Positions 21,565-31,574 of a DNA stretch of 64,000 nucleotides are shown piece after piece (position 1 is the first letter of the stretch; every line of letters begins with the position of its first letter). The stretch is from Candidatus Paracaedibacteraceae bacterium (GTDB lineage Bacteria > Pseudomonadota > Alphaproteobacteria > Paracaedibacterales > CAIOTO01). The notes beneath the pieces were generated by a model. It had not been told where the DNA came from. It ran no database searches and saw nothing but the letters and a program-made list of their open reading frames with translations. A program made the position numbers and the translations under genes. The stretch is from contig JAUYTZ010000014.1 in assembly GCA_030694965.1 (NCBI GenBank), positions 5,523 through 69,522 of the forward strand. The letters are read 5' to 3'.

Positions 21565-22680
21565 TTAAATCCTAGAGATTAAATTTTGATTTATTGTATA
21601 TTTACGAACAATTTGAAAAATAGCAAACAGCATTAAAAATGGATAAATCCATTCCAATATATAACCAAGACAATTACAAATACTTTCAAACCCAAACAAG
21701 GAAAGTGTAAAACTAATAATGGCAGTTGCAAAAATTGCTTGTGGTCGCGTTATTTTATTCTTACAAATATCTTCTTTCAAGAAATCTGTAAAAAGTGCTG
21801 CAAGAATTGTTGCTGTTGCAAGGCAAGAAACAGCAAGTGTTGTCGTAATAAAAGGTCCAGCATATCTACCTAGCGTTTGTTGAGCGATTGCAACAAGCAT
21901 TGACTCTTGCGCAACGTTATCAAGAAAGGGGCTGTACAGATAGCCAAGTAATACAAGACCTACATAACACCCAAGCAAAAGAAAAGCACCAAACAAACTT
22001 GAAAGTATGCCCATACGAATAAGTTTATCATCTACATTTTTTTCAGCCGGAAGTGCTTTTTTTAAATAGACGTAAATTGTGCTTGCAAAGAAAAAACTTG
22101 CCATAAGATCCATCGTTTGATATCCCTTTGAAAGACCAAGAAAAAAAGATGATGAAGCGCTCATTTCAGAATATATTACAGGTTCAGCAAACCAGATACC
22201 AATAATAATTAATAAAACATAACTACCTAATTTAATAGGTGTTAAAATCAACCCTATTATGTTAACGATATTATTTGGACGCCAAATAAGAACTCCAGTA
22301 AATATACAAAATATCAGGCTAAAAAGCCATAAAGGAAAAATAGGGCACATGAGCTCTAGCCCCCCAAAAGCAACGTTAACGCAGCGCGGAATAACACCAA
22401 AAGGACCTATCAACATAAGCATCAGCAAAATTAAAACAAAAGCGAGCTTTTCACCTAATATGGAAAAGTACTTTTTATGATCACCTTTAAACTTCATCAT
22501 ACCAAGTAACCCTAAAAAAGGAATGCAGATAGCTGTGATGCTAAAGCCAAGAATAGAATAAACATAAAGATTTTGAGATTTTAACCCGATAAGTAATGGG
22601 AATATTAAATTTCCCGAACCAAAAAACATTGAAAACATAGCGAACCCTGCGGTTAACACTAATTTAGTAGTAGATGGCAT
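21565..22680 (-). CDS. brnQ: branched-chain amino acid transport system II carrier (LIVCS/BrnQ family)
   Basis: 371 aa polytopic membrane protein. N-terminus [21 protein letters not shown] matches the BrnQ signature (FALFFGAGNLIFP). Confidence 0.75.
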   Translation of the reverse strand: MPSTTKLVLTAGFAMFSMFFGSGNLIFPLLIGLKSQNLYVYSILGFSITAICIPFLGLLGMMKFKGDHKKYFSILGEKLAFVLILLMLMLIGPFGVIPRCVNVAFGGLELMCPIFPLWLFSLIFCIFTGVLIWRPNNIVNIIGLILTPIKLGSYVLLIIIGIWFAEPVIYSEMSASSSFFLGLSKGYQTMDLMASFFFASTIYVYLKKALPAEKNVDDKLIRMGILSSLFGAFLLLGCYVGLVLLGYLYSPFLDNVAQESMLVAIAQQTLGRYAGPFITTTLAVSCLATATILAALFTDFLKEDICKNKITRPQAIFATAIISFTLSLFGFESICNCLGYILEWIYPFLMLFAIFQIVRKYTINQNLISRI

Positions 22681-22842
22681 TGTTAAAAACTCCTTTCTAT
22701 TGAATATAGAGAAGAATAAAAAAAAAGTCTACAAAATAAAGAATTGAATGAAAAATGCAATCTACGGGATTTTAAAAGTACATAATTACGAAAATACAGA
22801 AATAAATCTCATATAAAAGTTTTTATATTATACTTATACTTA

Positions 22843-24756
22843 TTAACTTCGTCCAAATAACTGTTCAATATCCTTTTGATGAAGAGTGACATACGTTGGT
22901 CTACCATGATTGCATTGCCCAGAATTTGGCGTTATCTCAATTTGACGAAGCAATGCATTCATTTCTGCGATAGATAACGCTTTCCCTGCTCGAATGCTCG
23001 TGTGGCAGGCGTGAGTTGACAAAAAATCAAGCAGCGCATCATGAGAAGATAATGTAGTGCTATCATTTCCAATATCAGTAAGGAGATCTTGTATAAGAGA
23101 TTCGAAATCATTACGTTGCAAAAGAGCAGGGATAGATCTAAAGGTAACTTGATTACCAAAAAGTTCAAAATCAAAGCCTAATTGCATTAAAATATTTTGA
23201 TTTTGCTTAAGCAATTCATTTTGCTGGTCATCAATTTCAACAAGCAGAGGAATAAGCAATAACTGCCTTGTGGCTCCGCCAGAAAGGTATTGTTGTTTTA
23301 ACTTTTCGTAAACAATTCGCTCATGTGCGGCGTGCTGATCTGTTATGATAAGCCCATCAGATGTTTCTGATAATATGTATGTCTTTGCAATTTGTGCTTT
23401 TGCTACTCCTAAAGGAAAAGATACACATTCGTTGTTTAAAGCACTTAATCCTAATGTTTCTTCAATTGTCAACGCTTGCATATTTTCAGATGGATAGCGA
23501 CCTAGCGTTGCTGTTATAAACGGCTGTAGGCGTGGATGCATTTCATTGTGTAACTTTGTTGCTATAGGAAATGATAAACTTTGATTTTGCCTTTGTTCAT
23601 TACGTGCAGCATAAGCCGGCATCGATGAATTCGTTTGAAACATCGATTCCTTTTGAAAACGCATTAATGCTTCGCCTGTTAAATGTGATGCCGTTTCTTG
23701 CCCATGTCTTTGCAATGTTGACTTAAGGGTGCCAATAAGCAGGCTTCGAACGCCTTGCACATCTCTAAAGCGAACTTCAGCTTTAGATGGATGAACGTTA
23801 ACATCAACCTCAGCTGGATCTAAATTAACAAATAAAGCAACAACAGGGTGCCTGCCTGTTTCAAGATAATCTTGGTAAGCTGCCTTTAATACGCCAAGCA
23901 ACAACTTATCTCTAACCGGGCGTTGGTTTACAAAAAAGAACTGATCAGTGGACTGACTTTTATGAAATGTAGGTAAAGAAATAACACCTGTAACTGATAT
24001 ACCATCACGCACACCATCAGCAAGCCTTAAATTATCAAGTGTCTTTTGCCCCAATACATCAGCGAAACGCTCCCCAAGAGTTAAGCGCGCTGCGTAGTCA
24101 AAAATAACACGTTCTTCTGAACGAAATTTAAAAGCAACATTTGGGTACGCTAATGCTAAACGCTTAATAATGTCAACACAGGCAGAAAGTTCCGTTGTAT
24201 CTGATTTTAAAAATTTCAAACGCGCAGGTGTTGAGTAGAATAAGTCTTTAATAATCATACGGGTACCACGTGCAGCAAAAGCAGACGGGCGTACCTCGCT
24301 TACAATGCCTCCTTCAACGCATAATTCCATGGCAGTTAATTGACTGCCGCCTTTTGGAAAGCTTGTAATAGATAAGCGACTAACGGAGCCTATGGATGGC
24401 AAGGCTTCACCGCGAAATCCTAATGTTAGAATATTAAATAAATCTCCAGTTGGTAACTTTGATGTCGCATGTCTTTGGATTGCAATATGCATATCATCAA
24501 CCGTCATACCAAGACCATCATCAGTCACCTGAATAAGACTTTTTCCTCCATCACAGATCACAATGTCAATTACAGTTGCTTTTGCATCAATTGCATTTTC
24601 AACAAGCTCTTTAAGGGCAGCAGCAGGTCGTTCAATGACTTCGCCTGCCGCAATTTGATTAATAAGAGTTGCATCAAGCTGGCGAATGATGGGACGCCTT
24701 GCTTTATCATTTTGCTCTTCGGTGAGATGTGGTGGTGTAAGCGCGCGTGATGACAT
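22843..24756 (-). CDS. mutL: DNA mismatch repair protein MutL
   Basis: 637 aa. GHKL ATPase motifs (IAAGEVIERPAAALKELVENAIDA, DDGLGM, GFRGEAL) and a C-terminal dimerisation domain. Confidence 0.95.
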   Translation of the reverse strand: MSSRALTPPHLTEEQNDKARRPIIRQLDATLINQIAAGEVIERPAAALKELVENAIDAKATVIDIVICDGGKSLIQVTDDGLGMTVDDMHIAIQRHATSKLPTGDLFNILTLGFRGEALPSIGSVSRLSITSFPKGGSQLTAMELCVEGGIVSEVRPSAFAARGTRMIIKDLFYSTPARLKFLKSDTTELSACVDIIKRLALAYPNVAFKFRSEERVIFDYAARLTLGERFADVLGQKTLDNLRLADGVRDGISVTGVISLPTFHKSQSTDQFFFVNQRPVRDKLLLGVLKAAYQDYLETGRHPVVALFVNLDPAEVDVNVHPSKAEVRFRDVQGVRSLLIGTLKSTLQRHGQETASHLTGEALMRFQKESMFQTNSSMPAYAARNEQRQNQSLSFPIATKLHNEMHPRLQPFITATLGRYPSENMQALTIEETLGLSALNNECVSFPLGVAKAQIAKTYILSETSDGLIITDQHAAHERIVYEKLKQQYLSGGATRQLLLIPLLVEIDDQQNELLKQNQNILMQLGFDFELFGNQVTFRSIPALLQRNDFESLIQDLLTDIGNDSTTLSSHDALLDFLSTHACHTSIRAGKALSIAEMNALLRQIEITPNSGQCNHGRPTYVTLHQKDIEQLFGRS

Positions 24757-24979
24757 AAAAAATATCTTATTTGAAGGTGAATCTTAGTTTAATACTTTTG
24801 TACACTATTTAATGTCTTTCTTCGAGATTTAAGTGTGTTCTATTTTTTTATTTGTTCTATTTTTTGTTTAAAAAAATAAATTAATTTAATATTATTTTTT
24901 TATTTCTAAAGTTTTTCTTTATTTATTTGAAAAATTTTGATATTATAATAACGTTTACTATAATTATCTTAAAAATCAC

Positions 24980-25582
24980 GTGTATAAGTTTAAATTCGAT
25001 ATTTTTGTCACATTTTGGAAAACGCTAAAAAAGCGTCATTTTGAAGAATATGCAGAACCAAAAAAGCCTGTAGATGGCTTTGAGGTTAATAAAATTATGG
25101 CATCAATCCTTGTTGCTTTATTAGCAGCAAAGACTTTTGATATTATTGGAGATAACCTCGTTGCACCGGTAAAGCGGCTAACGAAAAATGCATATTTCAT
25201 CGCAGTAACAGAAGGAAACACACAAACACACGTCGAAAAAGAAATTTTATCAATAAAACCTTTATTAGCAAAAGCAAATATCGAAAATGGTGAAAAAGTT
25301 TTTAAAAAATGCATTCAATGTCATGTCATTGAAAAAGGAAAACCACATGGTATTGGACCTAGTCTTTTAGGTGTAGTTGGTCGTACTATTGCTTCAATTA
25401 CCGATTATAGTTATTCCAGCGCTATGAAAGAAAAATCAAATGGCACATGGGATGTGGAGACATTAAATTATTTTTTAAACAATCCACGTAAGTTTGTAAA
25501 AGGTACAAAAATGACTTTCTTAGGGCTTGATTCAGATCAAGAACGAGCTGATGTTATTGCTTATCTACAAAAAAACAGCTAA
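24980..25582 (+). CDS. membrane-anchored class I cytochrome c (CycM-like)
   Basis: Heme-binding CIQCH, distal Met context GTKMTF, and an N-terminal hydrophobic anchor (FEVNKIMASILVALLAAK). GTG start at 24980 is the only in-frame start upstream of the anchor, so the start is uncertain. Confidence 0.75.
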   Translation: MYKFKFDIFVTFWKTLKKRHFEEYAEPKKPVDGFEVNKIMASILVALLAAKTFDIIGDNLVAPVKRLTKNAYFIAVTEGNTQTHVEKEILSIKPLLAKANIENGEKVFKKCIQCHVIEKGKPHGIGPSLLGVVGRTIASITDYSYSSAMKEKSNGTWDVETLNYFLNNPRKFVKGTKMTFLGLDSDQERADVIAYLQKNS

Positions 25583-26084
25583 CTAATCAAACGTGTGCAC
25601 ACATATTAGCTGCAGTTAATGGCAGCCAACAACACATCCAAACATTTTAATTTAATTGCTTTAAAATTCCAAAAACCAATCATGCATATATCATCACAAC
25701 AAACGACGAAGTATCACAAAAGCAAAAATGATATTTCTAACCTGCAGTGCAGATGCAAAACAGCAACAACATCAAATACCATATTGCGCTTACAAACAGA
25801 ATCTGTGCCTATTTTATCTAATTATTCTTCGTCGCAATCAACCAAGCGAGATATTTTCCTTGCGTAGTGAGTTTACATTATAATAAAATTTAAAACTGAA
25901 AATCGACATTAAAAAGTACGTTTATCAATCTTTTAGTTTAGGTGTTCTTTTCATGTAGTGAAAAAAATCTTTATTTTAATAAATCGTTTGTTTTATAAAT
26001 GATTGTGCTAAAGAGTTGAAAAGCTTTTGTGTGTTAATAACTTTTGTTAAATTTTTATATTTATAGTTGTGAGTAGTTAGTTTT

Positions 26085-26558
26085 ATGGAAAAAATTCCAA
26101 TGACCGAAAATGGTTTTGCAGTTCTTCGTGATGAGTTACATCATTTAAAGAGCGTTGAGAGGCCATCTGTAATCAAGCAAATATCGGATGCGCGTGAGCA
26201 TGGAGATTTGTCTGAAAATGCTGAATACCATGCAGCAAAAGAAAAGCAAAGCTTTATTGAAGGCAGAATTGCTGAACTGGAAGATAAAGTAAGCCGTGCT
26301 GACGTCATTGATCTTTCTAAAGTTTCAGGGGATGATGCTAAATTTGGCGCAACTATTCACTTAATTGATGACGACACCGATGAACTACATATTTATCAAA
26401 TTGTTGGGAGCGATGAAGCTGATGTGAAAAAAGGCTTACTCTCCATCACATCCCCACTTGCACGTGCCTTAATTGGCAAAAAAGCTGATGATAGTATTGA
26501 AGTTATTACACCAAATGGTGGCAAAGCATATACAATTCAAGAAGTCAAATACATATAA
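26085..26558 (+). CDS. greA: transcription elongation factor GreA
   Basis: 157 aa. Conserved acidic tip context ([18 protein letters not shown]) and a C-terminal FKBP-like domain. Confidence 0.95.
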   Translation: MEKIPMTENGFAVLRDELHHLKSVERPSVIKQISDAREHGDLSENAEYHAAKEKQSFIEGRIAELEDKVSRADVIDLSKVSGDDAKFGATIHLIDDDTDELHIYQIVGSDEADVKKGLLSITSPLARALIGKKADDSIEVITPNGGKAYTIQEVKYI

Positions 26559-27499
26559 TGAGTCCCTCTGTGAAACAAGATTTCGTGAATCCACAACTAG
26601 TTGAGCTAAATGAGCTAAGAGACCAATCCTATCAAACACGCCGTGCAACGGTGCCAGCATTAGAAGCAATGTTGTACGAGCCACAATCTGTTCTTGACCA
26701 TGGATTTGTCCGTGTTGTTGATTACATGGGAGACGACAATGCAATCGTGCAAGCAGCACGCGTATCCTATGGTAAAGGCACGAAAAAAGTTTCTGAAGAC
26801 CGCGGACTTATTCGTTACCTTATGCGTCATTGGCATTCAACACCATTTGAAATGTGTGAAATTAAATTACATGTTAAATTGCCTATGTTTGTTGCACGTC
26901 AATGGATTCGTCATCGTACAGCAAACGTAAATGAATATTCTGCACGATATTCAATTCTTGATCGTGAATTTTATGTGCCAGCACCAGAACATTTATCTGC
27001 GCAATCTTTGAGTAATCGCCAAGGAAGAGCAGGAGTTCTTGAAGGTGAACATGCAGAAAAAGTACTCAATCTTTTAAAAGAAGATTCAATGCGTTGTTAT
27101 GATAACTACATGTGGTTATTAAATGAAGATGAGTCACAAGGTGAACACCAAGGTCTTGCACGTGAACTTGCACGTATGAATTTGCCTGTAAACTTTTACA
27201 CCCAATGGTATTGGAAAGTTGATTTACATAACTTAATGCATTTCTTGCGCCTTAGAGCTGATCCACATGCTCAATATGAGATTCGTGCTTACGCAGATGT
27301 TATTTTGAATATCATGAAAGCTTGGGTTCCTCTGGCGTTTGAAGCATTTGAAGAATATCGCCTAGGTGCAGCACAATTGTCTGCAACAGGTGTGCGCTTA
27401 CTTCAACGTCGTTTGGCTGGAGAAAAGATAACTTTGGAAACAAGCGGTCTTTCAAAGCGCGAATGGGTCGAACTTTGTGACTTATTTGATTTAACTTAA
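26558..27499 (+). CDS. thyX: flavin-dependent thymidylate synthase ThyX
   Basis: 313 aa. ThyX signature [14 protein letters not shown] (RHRxxxxxxxS). Its start overlaps the greA stop (TAATG). Confidence 0.9.
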   Translation: MSPSVKQDFVNPQLVELNELRDQSYQTRRATVPALEAMLYEPQSVLDHGFVRVVDYMGDDNAIVQAARVSYGKGTKKVSEDRGLIRYLMRHWHSTPFEMCEIKLHVKLPMFVARQWIRHRTANVNEYSARYSILDREFYVPAPEHLSAQSLSNRQGRAGVLEGEHAEKVLNLLKEDSMRCYDNYMWLLNEDESQGEHQGLARELARMNLPVNFYTQWYWKVDLHNLMHFLRLRADPHAQYEIRAYADVILNIMKAWVPLAFEAFEEYRLGAAQLSATGVRLLQRRLAGEKITLETSGLSKREWVELCDLFDLT

Positions 27500-27513
27500 A
27501 TAGTTAGGCAAAA

Positions 27514-28443
27514 ATGGTACATACACCAGATATGAAAGCAAGAGTTTTAACAAAACCTGATTGGATTAGGGTTAAAGCGCCTGTTTCAAAAGAATATCAT
27601 GAAACAGCAACGCTTATGCGTTCTCTTAAGCTTAAAACAGTGTGCGAAGAAGCCGCTTGCCCTAATGTAGGTGAATGTTGGTCTAAAAAACATGCAACTA
27701 TGATGATTCTAGGAGATGTATGCACGCGTGCATGTGCCTTTTGCAATGTAAAGACAGGAAGACCTGACTTACTTGATCCTCATGAGCCCGAACGGGTTGC
27801 TCAGGGTGTGGCTGGCTTAGATCTTAGCCATGTGGTTATTACGTCTGTTGATCGTGATGACCTTGATGACGGAGGAGCTAATCATTTTGCAGAAGTTATT
27901 CGTGAAATTCGCAAAAAATCACCAGGAACGACCATTGAAATTTTAACGCCAGATTTTCTCCGTAAAGAAGGAGCACTCGAAATTGTTGTTGCCGCGCGTC
28001 CTGATGTATACAATCACAATCTTGAAACAGTGCCGCGTTTATATCCGTCAGTTAGACCTGGGGCACGTTATTTTCATTCGTTACGACTTTTGAGCCGTGT
28101 AAAAGAATTAGACCCAACAATTTTTACTAAGTCTGGCATCATGGTTGGTTTAGGTGAAGAACGCACAGAAGTCTTGCAAGTAATGGACGATTTACGCGCA
28201 GCTGACGTTGATTTTATGACAATCGGCCAATACCTACAGCCAACACCTAAACATCATGACGTTATTTCATATCCAACACTTGAACAATTTGATGACTATG
28301 CAAAAATGGGACGTGGTAAAGGATTCTTACTTGTTGCGGCATCGCCATTAACACGTTCATCCTATCATGCGGGTGATGATTTTGCTTTGTTGAAAACGGC
28401 TCGTCTTGAAAAAATTAATCAAAAAAACGTAATACAAGGTTGA
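27514..28443 (+). CDS. lipA: lipoyl synthase
   Basis: 309 aa. Auxiliary cluster [12 protein letters not shown] and radical-SAM CTRACAFC motifs. Confidence 0.95.
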   Translation: MVHTPDMKARVLTKPDWIRVKAPVSKEYHETATLMRSLKLKTVCEEAACPNVGECWSKKHATMMILGDVCTRACAFCNVKTGRPDLLDPHEPERVAQGVAGLDLSHVVITSVDRDDLDDGGANHFAEVIREIRKKSPGTTIEILTPDFLRKEGALEIVVAARPDVYNHNLETVPRLYPSVRPGARYFHSLRLLSRVKELDPTIFTKSGIMVGLGEERTEVLQVMDDLRAADVDFMTIGQYLQPTPKHHDVISYPTLEQFDDYAKMGRGKGFLLVAASPLTRSSYHAGDDFALLKTARLEKINQKNVIQG

Positions 28444-28453
28444 TTAAAAATAC

Positions 28454-28891
28454 ATGCCCGTTCACGCTGAAAAACGTATTGTTCCCTATACCCCTGAGCA
28501 AATGTATGCGTTAGTGGTCGATGTTAACTCTTATCCTGAGTTCTTACCATGGATTTTATCTGTTCAAATATATAATAAATCAGATAGCGGTTTTGAAGCA
28601 GACCTTTCAATAGGCGCCTCTTTAATTAATCAACGTTATTCATCAAATGTGATTTTGCAACCTGGCGCAAAACGTATTGAAGTAACGCACACAAAGGGTC
28701 CCTTTCGGTATTTAAATAATCATTGGATTTTTCACACACGAGAAACAGGATGCGAAGTTGAATTTTATCTTGATTTTGAACTTGATACCCCTTTTTTAAA
28801 ACCTATCCTCCAGCCATTTTTGAATCAAGCTGTTGCCATTATGGTTGACGCATTTCAAAAGCGCGCTGAAAAACTTTACAAAAAAATATAG
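28454..28891 (+). CDS. SRPBCC/START-fold protein (Coq10 / RatA family)
   Basis: 145 aa. Its size, position directly after lipA, and sequence (VVDVNSYPEFLPW) are typical of the polyketide-cyclase/Coq10-like family. Confidence 0.7.
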   Translation: MPVHAEKRIVPYTPEQMYALVVDVNSYPEFLPWILSVQIYNKSDSGFEADLSIGASLINQRYSSNVILQPGAKRIEVTHTKGPFRYLNNHWIFHTRETGCEVEFYLDFELDTPFLKPILQPFLNQAVAIMVDAFQKRAEKLYKKI

Positions 28892-28953
28892 ACGTGCTGC
28901 GCTAGTCACATAGTGTTAATATGTAATTAGATTAATAATTTCAAAGGTATATC

Positions 28954-29136
28954 ATGGCCACAGATTCCACATTACTTGCGTTACTCGTTTGCCCAGTCAC
29001 ACGTACTCGTCTTATTTATGATGAAAAAGCACAAGAACTTATTAGTGATGTTGCGGGTCTTGCTTATCCTATACGAAATGGTATTCCCATTATGTTGGTG
29101 ACAGAAGCAAGAACGCTTAGTGAGTCCGAAAAATAA
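28954..29136 (+). CDS. Trm112/YcaR family small protein (UPF0434)
   Basis: 60 aa. LLALLVCP...L and the [12 protein letters not shown] motif are characteristic of Trm112-like proteins. Confidence 0.75.
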   Translation: MATDSTLLALLVCPVTRTRLIYDEKAQELISDVAGLAYPIRNGIPIMLVTEARTLSESEK

Positions 29137-29150
29137 ATTAAAAAACTTCT

Positions 29151-30473
29151 TTAATAATTTAAACATCTCTTTTTTGATATTTTTTGTAAAAATAACGCAT
29201 TCATAAGTCCTAAAATTGCGATACCACATATAATCTTTGATATAGTTTCAGCATGCAACTCTGGCTTAATTATAAGCATATAGATACTAGGTAACATTGC
29301 TCCAAGTGCATAAGCGATATTGTAACAAAACGAAATGCCAGAACACCTCACTTCTGTTGGGAATAATTTAGTAAGCCACGGTAAAACAGACGACATTCCA
29401 GCACATAAAAAGCATTGCCATAATAATAAGAAGATTAAGAGTGCCTTGCCAGTATGCATTTTAGGTAAAAGAAACAAATAAGGACACGCAATGCTTAAAA
29501 GTACACACATAATCATAAAAAGCGTCTTTACGCCAATCAGGTCGCTTAACCAACCAAAAAACGGGGTTAAAAATATTGAAAAAACAAGGCCAGCCGTCAT
29601 GCAAAAATAAATATGAATAGGATCAAAAGCAAAAAATGAGGCCATATAAGATGCAAAGAAAATATTCGTAATTCCAAGTGAGGCTGGTACCAAAACAATT
29701 CCAATACCGGCAATAATAATTGACGGATATTTTTTTATTAGTGTCATAAATGGTGATTTTTCAAGGTTTAATTCCTTTTTTTTCTCTTGAAATGCGGATG
29801 TCTCATTCATATTTTTACGTAAATACCAACTAATCAATGCCAGAAATCCCCCCAACAAAAATGGAATCCGCCAACCCCAAAGCAAAAAGTGTTCTGGTGG
29901 TATAAAATATGTAAGTGTTGTTAATACCCCCGTCGCAAAAATAGCACCAATACTTGTGCACGAAATAACAAGACCACACGTGAATCCTCGTTTTGAATCA
30001 TCTTTATTTTCACTTACAATCGTAATAACGCTTGGTAGTTCTGCACCAAAAGATAAACCTTGAGCAAAACGACATACAATAAGCAAAAAGGCAGGTAGAA
30101 CGCTAAGTGATGGCTGCAACATTGAGATAGTGGGGAGGAATCCAATAATACACGTTGCAATTCCCATAACGAGCATTGCTCCAGTAAATGCCATTTTCCG
30201 CCCTTTTTTATCGGCAATTTGACCAAAAATAAAACCGCCAATAGGTCTTGCAAGATAGCCTAGTGCAAAAACAGAAAAAGCTTTTACCATATTAACAAAT
30301 GGATCATTGGCATCAAAAAAAAGAGGCATGATATATGGCAATAGAAGTGCATAAATTACAAAATCATAATATTCAAGTGAAACACCAATGTTTATACCAA
30401 GTTTAATTGGTAGTTTATTGTTCACAGAAGAATATTGAGCATTAGAACTATATGGTGAAAGTGGATATTCCAT
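29151..30473 (-). CDS. MFS transporter, metabolite:H+ symporter family (ProP-like)
   Basis: 440 aa with about 12 TM segments. EYYDFVIYALL N-terminal motif and the G.IADKKGRK loop are typical of MHS-family MFS proteins. Confidence 0.8.
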   Translation of the reverse strand: MEYPLSPYSSNAQYSSVNNKLPIKLGINIGVSLEYYDFVIYALLLPYIMPLFFDANDPFVNMVKAFSVFALGYLARPIGGFIFGQIADKKGRKMAFTGAMLVMGIATCIIGFLPTISMLQPSLSVLPAFLLIVCRFAQGLSFGAELPSVITIVSENKDDSKRGFTCGLVISCTSIGAIFATGVLTTLTYFIPPEHFLLWGWRIPFLLGGFLALISWYLRKNMNETSAFQEKKKELNLEKSPFMTLIKKYPSIIIAGIGIVLVPASLGITNIFFASYMASFFAFDPIHIYFCMTAGLVFSIFLTPFFGWLSDLIGVKTLFMIMCVLLSIACPYLFLLPKMHTGKALLIFLLLWQCFLCAGMSSVLPWLTKLFPTEVRCSGISFCYNIAYALGAMLPSIYMLIIKPELHAETISKIICGIAILGLMNALFLQKISKKRCLNY

Positions 30474-30748
30474 AATCTGAGGCCTTTTGTGTGATGATTA
30501 AAATTTTGGAATTTAAAATTGTTCGCACATGTATCGTATAGCAGCTGCTTGTGCAATCTGGCAACGATTTTTGCCAGAATATTATTAAAATATTTTATAG
30601 ATTAGATAAATAGACTTAAATTACATAAAATTAAATATTTTTATTAAAAAAAATCGCTCAATTTGTTCACACAAGAGGAATTTAATCTTTTATTAATATA
30701 CAAAAATTATACTTAATGATAGAAACTCTATTTTTGTGAGATTCTTTT

Positions 30749-31507
30749 ATGAAAAATACTTTGATTTATACAGCTATATGCTTAAGTCATTATTCAACTA
30801 TTTCATGTTCTTCGGAAATTCATTTAGATAATTTTCAAGAATCTAAAGCTACAAACTCCTGTACCAGACCGATTATCGATCCTAATGATTTAAAAAGAGT
30901 ATCATCGAAAATAAAATATGAATCTGGAATAAGGAAACGTAAGGCTTTCGATAAAAATATAAGTGATGCACTTTTACCAAAACACTTAAAAACAGGGTAT
31001 GAGTATTTAAAGCTTACAGACCGAGATCAACTCAAGAAATTTACCAATATGTTAAGACCTAAACTTTCTCCAACTTTGCGAGATGTTGTTTCTGATGAAC
31101 ATATTTTATCTGCAGGGTTTCTTAGTAAAAAACTGAATCCTATTGATATGGCTGGTTGCTACATTCGCTTAGGCATAAATCTTAAACAATCTAATTTTCA
31201 AAGAAATGGGGGACATTTAGCTTCTGTTGCATTTTTAAATAGTGCATCTCTTTATAGAGGCACATTGTCTTTATTTCCAGACATAGAAGATCGGCTTGAT
31301 CTTTATCTATCAACTGCTCAATGCTTTTATTGGGCCTTTTACAATGAACCAAATGTTTTAAAAAAAGAAAAATGCAAAGAATTGGCTGCTACTTATATTA
31401 ACGGTGCAAAAAATTCAGTTAACCAATTAACATGTGCAAAAAGACTATTTTGGTTTGACAATATCCAGGTTATGGATGAAAAAATTAAAAAAGTTAAGGT
31501 GCCTTAA
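30749..31507 (+). CDS. hypothetical protein with N-terminal signal/lipoprotein-like segment
   Basis: 252-aa ORF in an AT-rich pocket. N-terminus MKNTLIYTAICLSHYSTISCSS. The remainder looks predominantly helical with no family recognised. Confidence 0.5.
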   Translation: MKNTLIYTAICLSHYSTISCSSEIHLDNFQESKATNSCTRPIIDPNDLKRVSSKIKYESGIRKRKAFDKNISDALLPKHLKTGYEYLKLTDRDQLKKFTNMLRPKLSPTLRDVVSDEHILSAGFLSKKLNPIDMAGCYIRLGINLKQSNFQRNGGHLASVAFLNSASLYRGTLSLFPDIEDRLDLYLSTAQCFYWAFYNEPNVLKKEKCKELAATYINGAKNSVNQLTCAKRLFWFDNIQVMDEKIKKVKVP

Positions 31508-31520
31508 ATTTTATTAACAC

Positions 31521-31564
31521 GATAGGTAGGTTGATATAGAAAAAGAAACTTTAACCTACCTATC
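31521..31564. terminator. 12-bp perfect hairpin between convergent genes (likely bidirectional terminator)
   Basis: gataggtaggtt (31521-31532) pairs with aacctacctatc (31553-31564) around a 20-nt loop. It lies between the stops of the 30749 ORF and clpB. The flanking T/A runs are only moderate. Confidence 0.5.
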
Positions 31565-31574
31565 ATTTGTTATC

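Noticed and set aside
21565-22680. BrnQ homologue is 371 aa against about 440 aa in E. coli, so it might be truncated.
   Set aside because: The ORF is intact, starts with the family N-terminus and ends 2 nt before mnmA with no frameshifted continuation visible. Length variation cannot be judged without an alignment.
25619-25867. 82-aa ORF in the cytochrome c / greA spacer.
   Set aside because: Its T/S/Q/K/N-rich low-complexity product follows from the A/C-rich composition. It has no RBS-like context and no motif. It is reported only as part of the compositional anomaly.
28454-28891. A RatA-family gene might be read as a type II toxin, hence a toxin-antitoxin system.
   Set aside because: There is no small partner gene. 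The gene sits in the conserved position after lipA that is typical of the housekeeping Coq10/SRPBCC homologue.
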